IMG/VR virus record: IMGVR_UViG_3300017978_000358
Span: 1-24,415 of that record
Source: a virus
Lineage: Duplodnaviria > Caudoviricetes
Reading direction: 5' to 3' (one strand)
Length of the DNA: 24,415 bases
Below the pieces are notes generated by a model. The model worked only from the letters and a program-made list of their open reading frames with translations. It was not told where the DNA came from and ran no database searches. Within the stretch, counting starts at the first letter, position 1, and each line of letters opens with the position of its first letter. Of this stretch, positions 9,253-17,519 are shown piece after piece. The translations under genes were made by a program, and so were the position numbers.

Positions 9253-10974
9253 TTAAGGTCTTGCGCGTGTTGGCGCAACGTCTGCTACCTTGGGGCCGTA
9301 CATCAATGAGCTGAACTCGCGTGCACCTTTCAGCAAGTCTTCCATGGTCACAGCAGGCTCGCCCGGCATACGCTTAGCGTTGATGTCAGCCAAAACCTTG
9401 ACGGCTGCCATACCAGACTTGTCTGCCGTGATTTCTTGCAACTTTTTCATGCCCGACTCCAGACGCTCGGCGTCTGTTTTGCCAGTGCCCAGCATCATAG
9501 CGGTGCGGTCTGCGCCGGTAGGCATAGCTGCACGTGCATTTGCACCGCCTTCGCGGATCATGGTATTTCTCAAGTCTGCTGCAATTGTCTTGTCGGTCTT
9601 GAGATCGTCAGCCACAACACCAAAGATTTTGCCCATATTGGCGTTAGAGATTTCCAAATCTTTGGTCGCGCCTTCCAAGAACAACTGCTGACCTTGGATT
9701 CGGGCCGTACGGATAGCGCGGTTTTCTTCTTTGATCTCTTTTTCGTTCATGTCGTCGCGGTTCAGGCGCAACTCATCCAGACGATCACGGGCTTCGGCAA
9801 ACTTGTCCTTGGCGGCGTTGATCTTGTCAATACCTGCGATGTAGCGCTCGCTGCCCACAGCAATCCCTTTACCGATTACGGAGCCAAGGTTACCCGGAGT
9901 GGACATCATGGCAGCACCGGCTTGCAGCAGCGCCAAACCCATGTACTTGTCGCTCAACCCCGCAATACCTTTTTCACGTTCAGCAAGACGAGCCTCTCTA
10001 CCGGCAAACACATCGCCCCGCTCTTTGCGTCTTTTTTCGCCTTCTTCCTTAGTCCCCAGTGCTTCTTGCTCAAGTTGCGAAGCAAGACCAACACGCTGAT
10101 TTCGCAAAGCGCCTTGAGCAAGTTCCGTCTCACGAGTGAACTGTTTCACCAAAGCGTCAAGTCCGCCCGTCTCGGTTTTTGCAACGGGTTCTTTGCGCGT
10201 TGCGCTGGGGTCAGTCAGGTTGCGGCGGGTAGTATCGACTTTGGGGGCTGCATCGGAAGTAAGCAGAGGCTGCGTAGTTGCAGCTACCCCCGGCTTCATA
10301 CGGGGGTCTTCTTGGCGGCGGAAGCCGTCATCCGTGGGGGGAGTTGCCTGTGCAGTTAGCTTGTCGATTGCGCCCGCACGATTACCGGCGGCTTCACGTG
10401 CAGCGCTGATTTGATTGCGTATTGCTTGCGCTTGCTGCGCGTACATTTGGATAGCTTGCTGATCACCTGAAGCTGCGGCAGCGCGTAGCTGAGGCTCAAT
10501 AACCGCCAACTGCTGATTAAGCTGGTTGATTTGCGCGGCTTTTTGCTGGTCCAACTGGTCAAAAATACTCCCGCCAACCTGATACCGCACCACACCGCCA
10601 TCGGCCATCATCACCACAGGCTCGCTGCGTGCGGCAAAGTTAGCATCGTCGTCATACCCGGCGATGCCACCATCAGCCATCTGCTGCATATTTGGCGCAG
10701 CCAAAGTAGCAATACCACGATCTTCCGGCATGGGTTGTGCTCGTGGAGGAGCCATCTGGGCCAGCGCTTGCTCGTTCACTTTGGGCTGGGGCTGCATGCC
10801 CTGCGCCGCCTGCTGGTTCATGTTCAGGCGTTGGCGGTTCTGGCTTTCTTGAAAAACCAAAGGGAAAATGTACGGGTTTGCTTTATGCATCTCACCGTAC
10901 TGCCGCAAGGTCTGTGGGTCCATAAACCGCAAGGTGGCGCTGATGCCGCGTTGGTCGTTTGACATGATTGACAT
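9253..10974 (-). CDS. Internal virion / DNA ejection protein (573 aa)
   Basis: RBS TAAGGA overlaps the upstream stop codon. The protein is helical and Q/A/M-rich, with two MADGG motifs and a hydrophobic patch (MGLALLQAGAAMM..LGSVIGKGIAVG) typical of ejection proteins. It lies between the tail genes and the giant gene. Confidence 0.7.
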   Translation of the reverse strand: MSIMSNDQRGISATLRFMDPQTLRQYGEMHKANPYIFPLVFQESQNRQRLNMNQQAAQGMQPQPKVNEQALAQMAPPRAQPMPEDRGIATLAAPNMQQMADGGIAGYDDDANFAARSEPVVMMADGGVVRYQVGGSIFDQLDQQKAAQINQLNQQLAVIEPQLRAAAASGDQQAIQMYAQQAQAIRNQISAAREAAGNRAGAIDKLTAQATPPTDDGFRRQEDPRMKPGVAATTQPLLTSDAAPKVDTTRRNLTDPSATRKEPVAKTETGGLDALVKQFTRETELAQGALRNQRVGLASQLEQEALGTKEEGEKRRKERGDVFAGREARLAEREKGIAGLSDKYMGLALLQAGAAMMSTPGNLGSVIGKGIAVGSERYIAGIDKINAAKDKFAEARDRLDELRLNRDDMNEKEIKEENRAIRTARIQGQQLFLEGATKDLEISNANMGKIFGVVADDLKTDKTIAADLRNTMIREGGANARAAMPTGADRTAMMLGTGKTDAERLESGMKKLQEITADKSGMAAVKVLADINAKRMPGEPAVTMEDLLKGAREFSSLMYGPKVADVAPTRARP

Positions 10975-10983
10975 GGTTATTCC

Positions 10984-12042
10984 TTACGCCATTCTGGAGA
11001 GAGCCAGCTCGGCCAGACCGGCTGGACGGGGCTTCACAGAGCCGCCTTTTGCGTAGCTGCTCACCATGCCGCCTTCTTTTCTGCCGCCCATCAGGTACGC
11101 ACCGCCCAATGAGGTTGCAGCCCCGAGGAGTTGCGCCCCGGTAGAGGGTGCTGGCTGGTACATGGTCGCCGATGTCTGTGTCAGAGGCAGACCGCGCAGC
11201 ATGTCGGACATGAAGCCCAACTGCTTGTAGGGGTAGTTCTGCGCGTTCAGGTAATCCTGATACTGCGTGTTGAGCATGCCTTGGACTTGCTGTTGCTGCT
11301 GTGCGCCGAACTGGTTTTGCAAGTTGGCTGCGCCCACGTTCTGGGTGTATTGCTGGTTGCCCAACTGGCCCAACGTGTTGGCTCCGGTCAAAGCTGTTTG
11401 CAGACCTTGGATGCCCAGACCCGCGCCAAACTGCCCTTGCTGCGCGTTGAGGTTGGCCGCTGCTTGGTTCGCAGCCTGCTCGGCGTTGAACTGCTGCATG
11501 GCTTGCTGGAATGCGTTTTGGGAACCTGTGGCTTGAATGCCTGCCAGCGTGCGCTGCAAGTCGGCGTTGCCTTGAGCGCGAGAGATGTAGTCTCGTGCGC
11601 CACCAAAAGCGCCTGCGCGGGCCGCTTGGGCTTGCTGAGTTTGTTGGGCGATCTCGGCCTGACGACGGGCTTGCTGGGACTGTACGTCCACCACGTTCTG
11701 CATGTACGGCGACATGTAGCTGGTAGCCGTTCCTTTGTCTGTGAAGGACTGCGCTGCGTAGGGGTTATAGGTGAACTGCGTGTTCAGCGCCCCAAGCCCT
11801 GCTTGTCCAGCCAAAGCTGTTGCATCTTTCAGTTGCGGAGCAGTTTGCAGCAACGCAGCGTTCTCAAACGACTGTTGCTGCAAGGGGGAGAACTGCGCTT
11901 GGCGGTCTCCCATGTACTGCATGTACGGGTTGTACTCAAGGTCAGTCAGGGCAGCGGACTGCCCCAACAAGTTCTCCACATACGGCCGAGCATAGTCGGG
12001 TATGGAGGTTTGTTCCATTCGTTGCGAAATTTGCTCAGCCAT
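10984..12042 (-). CDS. Internal virion / DNA ejection (pilot-like) protein (352 aa)
   Basis: RBS AAGGAG. Q/A/G-rich, with YMSPYMQNVV and AGAFGGAR motifs and a C-terminal Gly-rich hydrophobic segment (GAQLLGAATSLGGAYLMGG). Confidence 0.75.
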   Translation of the reverse strand: MAEQISQRMEQTSIPDYARPYVENLLGQSAALTDLEYNPYMQYMGDRQAQFSPLQQQSFENAALLQTAPQLKDATALAGQAGLGALNTQFTYNPYAAQSFTDKGTATSYMSPYMQNVVDVQSQQARRQAEIAQQTQQAQAARAGAFGGARDYISRAQGNADLQRTLAGIQATGSQNAFQQAMQQFNAEQAANQAAANLNAQQGQFGAGLGIQGLQTALTGANTLGQLGNQQYTQNVGAANLQNQFGAQQQQQVQGMLNTQYQDYLNAQNYPYKQLGFMSDMLRGLPLTQTSATMYQPAPSTGAQLLGAATSLGGAYLMGGRKEGGMVSSYAKGGSVKPRPAGLAELALSRMA

Positions 12043-12053
12043 GTCTTGGCTCC

Positions 12054-14648
12054 TTATGCGGGGAGATATTTGTCAGAACGGGTATTGGCCGCGACGCGGT
12101 TTTTGCCGGTGGTCTTGCCACGGGCTTTTTGAACACGGTCCATCATGGCGTACAGCTTGCGTGCGCCCGCTTCAGCCGAACCTTTGCCCAACGCTTTGAC
12201 TGCTTCGCTTGAAATGACGACCTCGCCATCGGCAATACGCGCTGGCTGTCGCCCACCGATGGTCGCGGGTACGCTGTCAGAAACGCCGTCACCTTTGCCT
12301 CGCACGAGGTTGCCGCCGCCGGAATAACGCCCAAGATTAACAGGCCGTGCGTTTTTGCCCAAGAGTCGTTGCTCCATGGCAAACAGTTTTTGTGCGCCTG
12401 CATTGGTGGACCCGTTGCCAATCTCGGAGGTTATTCTGGCCGGGACAACAAAGGCGTTATCAGGAAGTTCAGCCACGCCGCCCTTAGCCAAAGAACCCAG
12501 ACCGCCGCCAACAGCGTAACCGCCAGCAGCCATGCTCATGAGGCCTCCGTTAGCGGCACCTGATGAGTAAGGGTCAGTCGCAGCAGCGGCAGCGGCAGCG
12601 GCCTCTCTAGCAGCAGTGCCGTCTGCCAGTTTCTTACCCGCAGCAAGGCGTGCGCGTGCTTCCGCGATGGAAATGCCAAGCGCAGCGGCAAGTTGTGCTT
12701 CGGAAATCCGGTTGCTGGACACAAAGTCAAACAAAGCGCTGTCATCGGCAGGGTCTTTGAGTCCTTGCAAACCTTTGATGACTTCAGCCGAAGTCATGCC
12801 CACCATGCGCTCGCCTTTGGTGTTGTACGACATTGGGCGGTAGTTGGGGTTCTCAACATAGACCCGCTTAACGGGGTCGTAAATGTACTTTTGTGCTGGC
12901 CTGCCTTCTGCGGCAGGAACACCTCGCACAGCCTCGCTGTACGGACGCATGATCTCACCCACGCCGGACTTGATGGGGTTAGCGCCCTTACCCATGAGGT
13001 ATTCGTACGCAGCCAGCGAGTCGCCCGTCTGGCGGTTGAAGCGCTGGTTAAACTCTTCCATCGTTGTAGGTGCGGGATTGGCGTATCCCAGACTGCCGCC
13101 GCCTTGCGTGTAGACATCGCGCAGTTGCCCCATACCTGTAAAGCCGCCGGGTGGACGACCGGGGATGTTGGGGAAAGTTGTGATTGTGCCGTTGGGGTTG
13201 ACTACGCTGCTGCCGCCACCGCTCACGCCGCCAGCAAGATTCGACGTGTCTGTAAGGCCGGGAAGAACTGTGGTGGTTTTGACCGGCGGTTTCTTTGTCT
13301 CTTTGAACAGCTCGTCCAGCGTCTTGCCTGTAGCGCGAACAATGTCAGCTTCGTTGTATCCCCAAATATCCATAGCCCGTTCGGCTTCACTCCGTTTGAG
13401 GTCTGGATACTGCCCTAAAAATTGATTGATGTTGGAGCTCAGCCCGGCAAGGCCGCCCAGCGGCGTGCTCGGCACGCCGACATCTGGCTGGAAAGCCGCA
13501 AACTGCGCTGCGTTGGACAGTCCCGAAGCACGCATGGCGTTGGCCACATCTGCTTGGTTGAGCCCGTACGTGCTCATGGCGCTGCTGACATCGGCCGCCG
13601 TAAGGTTGGGGTTTTGATTGAAGAAGTTGCCAACCATGCTGTTGTATGCAGCGGAACCCGCCGCAGGACCAGCCACAGGCGCAGGTGCGCCGGTAATCAA
13701 GCCCGTGTTCGACGCTGCGCTGGACAGCATGTCGGCAGAAATGCCCAAGTTTTTAGCTGCGTTTGCGGCATCGGCAAAAGACAGCGTACCACCGGCCTGC
13801 TGCGCGGCCTCGCGCACCAACTGGTTTACGTAGTCTTGACTGATGGCTGCGGGCATACCGCCGTTGGCAAGCGCCACAATACCGCCTTCGGCCATACCTT
13901 TGTACTCGCTGGCAGGGTAGCTGCCTGCGTCTGAGTATGTTTGGCCGTAAGGGTCAAATGTGAAGTTGCGGATGTAGCCGGTGTCTGGGCGCTTGGTTGT
14001 GGTCTCTACGGTGTCTGCGGCCATCATGGGAGAAGCGGCGGCATAAGCCGCGCCAAGGGCCTTAGTAGTTCCGCCCATACCCGTCATAAACGCTTTTGGA
14101 TCATTGAACGCCGCAGATGCGCCTTCCATGAGCCTGTCACCAACGCCTTTTGCCAAGAAGTCTTTTGTAGCATTGGCAGCGGCTTGGTTGAGAACGCCTT
14201 GCTCGGTCAGCCCTGACGCAACAGCTTGCTGCGCAATCTGGTCTGTCGTAAGTCCGGCCACTGCTGCTTCTTGGGCTGCGCCTGCTCCTGCGCCTGACAA
14301 ACCAGCACCCAGACTTGCGCCGCCGTAAGCGCCCAGACCTGCCATCAGGCCACGAGACAGACTGCCTGTTGACAAAGCAGTAACGCCGCCAACCGCCAAA
14401 CCGGCCATTTGCGCCGACATCAAACCAAAACCCGCAGGGCCAAGTGCGAAGCCTGCAATCATGGGCAGCATCTTCTTTAGGAAGTTAGCTTCTGGCTGGC
14501 CCGTTTCGGGGTTAATTGTGAGTGTGCCGCCATGACGTTCGGCCAGCGCTTGTAGCGCTTGGACTTCGCCGGGGGTCATGTGTACGAGCATCGAATCGCC
14601 GCCGCGACCTTTGGTGGCCATGTGACTGGCAAGTGCGTGAAGGCTCAT
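12054..14648 (-). CDS. Internal virion / ejection protein (864 aa) with internal repeats
   Basis: RBS GAGAGG. N-terminal GRGGDSMLVHMTPGEV...TINPETGQPEA motif, followed by a Gly/Ala-rich hydrophobic block, four small helical repeats and a C-terminal GKGDGVSDSVPATI...GEVVI domain. Confidence 0.7.
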   Translation of the reverse strand: MSLHALASHMATKGRGGDSMLVHMTPGEVQALQALAERHGGTLTINPETGQPEANFLKKMLPMIAGFALGPAGFGLMSAQMAGLAVGGVTALSTGSLSRGLMAGLGAYGGASLGAGLSGAGAGAAQEAAVAGLTTDQIAQQAVASGLTEQGVLNQAAANATKDFLAKGVGDRLMEGASAAFNDPKAFMTGMGGTTKALGAAYAAASPMMAADTVETTTKRPDTGYIRNFTFDPYGQTYSDAGSYPASEYKGMAEGGIVALANGGMPAAISQDYVNQLVREAAQQAGGTLSFADAANAAKNLGISADMLSSAASNTGLITGAPAPVAGPAAGSAAYNSMVGNFFNQNPNLTAADVSSAMSTYGLNQADVANAMRASGLSNAAQFAAFQPDVGVPSTPLGGLAGLSSNINQFLGQYPDLKRSEAERAMDIWGYNEADIVRATGKTLDELFKETKKPPVKTTTVLPGLTDTSNLAGGVSGGGSSVVNPNGTITTFPNIPGRPPGGFTGMGQLRDVYTQGGGSLGYANPAPTTMEEFNQRFNRQTGDSLAAYEYLMGKGANPIKSGVGEIMRPYSEAVRGVPAAEGRPAQKYIYDPVKRVYVENPNYRPMSYNTKGERMVGMTSAEVIKGLQGLKDPADDSALFDFVSSNRISEAQLAAALGISIAEARARLAAGKKLADGTAAREAAAAAAAATDPYSSGAANGGLMSMAAGGYAVGGGLGSLAKGGVAELPDNAFVVPARITSEIGNGSTNAGAQKLFAMEQRLLGKNARPVNLGRYSGGGNLVRGKGDGVSDSVPATIGGRQPARIADGEVVISSEAVKALGKGSAEAGARKLYAMMDRVQKARGKTTGKNRVAANTRSDKYLPA

Positions 14649-14676
14649 GTCTGCCTCTCAAAATGGGTGTTGGTCG

Positions 14677-14706
14677 ATAATATCATGGGGGTAGCCTTTA
14701 GAGCAA
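14677..14706 (-). promoter_or_regulatory. Putative sigma70-type promoter for the ejection-protein genes
   Basis: TTGCTC (14706-14701), an 18-bp spacer, then TATTAT (14682-14677) with an extended -10 TG, in a 58-bp intergenic gap. Confidence 0.5.
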
Positions 14707-15381
14707 TCACGGCGGGGGTACGGGCCGGGGGTCAGGCAACCGTGCAACATAGCTAACGGCCATCACTGCGGATGCTGCGGCTGGGTACGGGGCTACGGCT
14801 GCGGTTGTTTCCAGAACGGCGTTTGTGTTGTCCGCGCCCCAGTACATTTCGATGAACTCCCCCGCCGCCAAGTCGATATTAAAACTCCACGTAATAGCAA
14901 AGTTGTTGTCCGCACCTTCTAAGGTGTATATACGGGACGAATATCCGATAGTGGTGTTGTTGCGTTTGATCCAAATCTGCACGTCTTTGCCTGAAGAGTT
15001 TGTGCTCTTTAGTTGACAAGAAAGCTGGAAGTTGTACACCCCATCGACACTGACTTCAATTTTGGATGTGCTGGCAGGTTGAAGCGCGACTGCGTTGTTG
15101 AGGTAGGTCTGGTTAAACGTGATGGGGTAACCCGTATCCACTGCCGCCAAAGTCTGGTCTACGGTACTAAAAAACAGCCCGTTTGGGTTGTTGATCAGTC
15201 CGGGGTTGACTGCGCCCGACGTCTCTAGGTTTGCAATAAAACTGTCGAGCCTATTAAAGTACAGACGCAAGACGTTGGAAAACTGATCTTGATAGCGCTG
15301 ATCCCACTCACGCGGGGCAAGCGGTAAGCTAGGCGCAGCAACCTTTTCGAGTGCGAAGTCCGTTGTGACAATAAGAGTCAT
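14707..15381 (-). CDS. Tail needle/plug candidate with C-terminal C1q/TNF-like jelly-roll (224 aa)
   Basis: ATGA overlap with the nozzle gene. A short N-terminal helix (QDQFSNVLRLYFNRLD) precedes a C1q-like pattern (ITFN...KIEVSVDGVYNFQLSCQL...IWIKRN...IDLAAGEFIEMYW). It occupies the gp26 position of the P22 gene order. Confidence 0.55.
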   Translation of the reverse strand: MTLIVTTDFALEKVAAPSLPLAPREWDQRYQDQFSNVLRLYFNRLDSFIANLETSGAVNPGLINNPNGLFFSTVDQTLAAVDTGYPITFNQTYLNNAVALQPASTSKIEVSVDGVYNFQLSCQLKSTNSSGKDVQIWIKRNNTTIGYSSRIYTLEGADNNFAITWSFNIDLAAGEFIEMYWGADNTNAVLETTAAVAPYPAAASAVMAVSYVARLPDPRPVPPP

Positions 15382-17468
15382 CGTCTGCCGTCCGGTCTGA
15401 TGTCAATTCGGGGTGCACCGATCTGCCACGTGGTGTTGAGCTGGTTAGACTCGATTTTGAAAATCAACTGCCGCCCCCGCATCCGCGTGTAAATCTGCCC
15501 AGTGAACTCTTCCGTGATGACGTACGAAGCGCTGGCTGCAACCGGAGCCCCGGCCGAGCTGGTTACCCCCGAACCTGAATTTGACAGCCCAAACAGCGTC
15601 ATGGTTGCCGTGGGGGCCTGCATGGTAGGCGACGTCGAGGAAGTCTCAAACGTCAAGTCGGGCAGCACGCGCCAGACAAACCCAAAGTTGTGCCCGTCCC
15701 CAATGTCAAACTCGGACGAGGAGATGTTGGCAGCGATTGCTGCTGGGTTTGCGCCCTCGTTGTTGTTGATGCCCTGCTCGTGGTTCACCAAGTTCTGACT
15801 GTACGTTGCGGCCAGCGGGTAGTCCCGCAAACCCGAGTCTAGCCAAGCTGTGCGGCCCAGCGTGCCGTAGTACCAGATTTTCTCTGCGTAGTTGTACACC
15901 ACGTACTTGTCAACAGCACTGGAATCGGCAGAGCAGTAGAACCACCAGACCTCATTGAAGCCTTCACTGGTCCCCGCAAACACTTGCGCAACCTGCGCCT
16001 GATTGAAATCACTGAACACGTACCGGCGCACGTCGCAGTTGAGCGTTTGCACCCGGCCATCGTAGACGTAGAACTTATCCACCCCCATCCAATACACGAT
16101 ACCGGAGGCAAGAGCCACACAGTTCGGACTTTGAATGGAAATGTTACTGCCCAACAACTGTGTCTGCCACACGTTGGGGGGCCCAAGGTACTGGAGTGAG
16201 TACAGCGCGGAGTCTGTGAACACCACCAGCTCCTGTCGGGCCTGAATGGCCGTGATGATTTCGGAGCCGTCGGACAGACGGATACTGCCTGCTTGGTTGA
16301 CGGCATCAGGCGTCCAGTTAAACGGATCGTCTTGGTTCGACCAGCGGATCAGCATCGGGTCCAGCGTTGTGGAGCCGTAGTCGTTGGTGCCCATGGCGAA
16401 AATGAACCGCGAAGTGTCTGAAACCGTGAGGAAATTCTGCACTACTGGGATGTCGAGCGGCGTAATGGTTTGCGTGCCCGACTGCGTGCCAGAGGTGTTG
16501 ACGATGTTGCCGTTGACATCCAGCAACTGAAACGTCAGCCCCACGTTGTTGAATGCAAAGTATGTGGTGTCCGGGGACATACCGGACGGCAGCGCCCCTG
16601 TTGTGGAGAACGAAATGGCAGCGCCCTCGGTATACAGCACGGTGGACGTGACCACGGCCGGAGAAGCGATCGTGATGGTAGCAGTGCCGCCCAGACTGCG
16701 CAGCAAAGCACCGCGAGACGTGACGCCAGATGTGGCGTCCCAGTAGTACAGCCCACCGCCGCGTGGGCCAAACACGAGGTCTTCGCCGTAATTGCGCTGG
16801 CTCCACAGGCGTACACTGGTAAGCGAAGTGCCCCCATTACCCCACGTACCTGCGCTCCACACGCCCGCACCCCAACCCGTAACAGGGATGGGAATTGCTG
16901 GGCCGACGTTGATCTGGTACGCGGCTGTTACTGTGCCGCCGCCGGGGGAGCCTGCTGCGTCGGTAGCGTTGGCGTTGACGCCAGCATTAATTGTGTAGTC
17001 GTTACCGCCAGTTACCGTGACTTGGTACTCTCGGTTGAGTACGCCTGCGGTGATATTGCCGCCCAAGCCTGTAGCGCCACTGAACGTCACAAAGTCGCCG
17101 GTCACGCAGCCATGTGCCGTGTCTGTGACAGAAATGATGGAGGAGCCGTTGGTGGCCGTAAAGGGGTTTGTCAGGGTGGCAGTAGTGCGAATCGGCGTGA
17201 TGTCGTTATACGCCCCACCCTTTTCAATGTAAAACTTCAGGTTCGTGCCCACCCCGACAAGGTTCAGTGAGCCCAACGTCACCCAGTTCCACAAGGAACG
17301 GCAAATGCCGAGAAAGGTGTTGGCCGAAATGCGCTGCCAGCCCCCGATCTTTTCGGGGTTGCCCTGACGAAAACGCACCTTGTCGCCGTCATACCAGCCG
17401 CCTTCGGTGGTGTAGCGTGTGTTTTCCCGGTTGATTCCCGGTTTGAACAGTATCTTGGAAAGGGGCAT
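15378..17468 (-). CDS. Tail hub/nozzle (P22 gp10-like 'stabilisation' / tail tubular B-like) protein (696 aa)
   Basis: RBS GAGG. Starts with FKPGINRENTRY..EGGWYDGDKVRFR and has beta-propeller-like repeats (IRWSNQDDP..W, GSIRLSDGSEII, ELVVFTDSALY, VYWMGVDKFYVYDGRV, FNEVWWFY). Ends in RMRGRQ..IDIRPDGRR. Confidence 0.75.
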   Translation of the reverse strand: MPLSKILFKPGINRENTRYTTEGGWYDGDKVRFRQGNPEKIGGWQRISANTFLGICRSLWNWVTLGSLNLVGVGTNLKFYIEKGGAYNDITPIRTTATLTNPFTATNGSSIISVTDTAHGCVTGDFVTFSGATGLGGNITAGVLNREYQVTVTGGNDYTINAGVNANATDAAGSPGGGTVTAAYQINVGPAIPIPVTGWGAGVWSAGTWGNGGTSLTSVRLWSQRNYGEDLVFGPRGGGLYYWDATSGVTSRGALLRSLGGTATITIASPAVVTSTVLYTEGAAISFSTTGALPSGMSPDTTYFAFNNVGLTFQLLDVNGNIVNTSGTQSGTQTITPLDIPVVQNFLTVSDTSRFIFAMGTNDYGSTTLDPMLIRWSNQDDPFNWTPDAVNQAGSIRLSDGSEIITAIQARQELVVFTDSALYSLQYLGPPNVWQTQLLGSNISIQSPNCVALASGIVYWMGVDKFYVYDGRVQTLNCDVRRYVFSDFNQAQVAQVFAGTSEGFNEVWWFYCSADSSAVDKYVVYNYAEKIWYYGTLGRTAWLDSGLRDYPLAATYSQNLVNHEQGINNNEGANPAAIAANISSSEFDIGDGHNFGFVWRVLPDLTFETSSTSPTMQAPTATMTLFGLSNSGSGVTSSAGAPVAASASYVITEEFTGQIYTRMRGRQLIFKIESNQLNTTWQIGAPRIDIRPDGRR

Positions 17469-17489
17469 GGGTTACCTCAGTTTTGCGAT

Positions 17490-17519
17490 ATTTTCGCACT
17501 TAACTCAGGAACAGCGCAA
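17490..17519 (-). promoter_or_regulatory. Putative sigma70-type promoter for the nozzle gene, overlapped by a small inverted repeat
   Basis: TTGCGC (17519-17514), an 18-bp spacer, then GAAAAT (17495-17490) with an extended -10 TG. A TGCGA-N5-TCGCA inverted repeat lies at 17484-17498. Confidence 0.4.

Noticed and set aside
12579-12602. GCN run encoding eight alanines as a contingency microsatellite
   Set aside because: The codons are mixed and in frame, consistent with a simple low-complexity linker.
5833-17270. Other long plus-strand ORFs (e.g. 5833-6930, 9436-10359, 11131-12132, 12693-13418, 16470-17270)
   Set aside because: All are antisense shadows of well-supported minus-strand genes and have no protein-like motifs.
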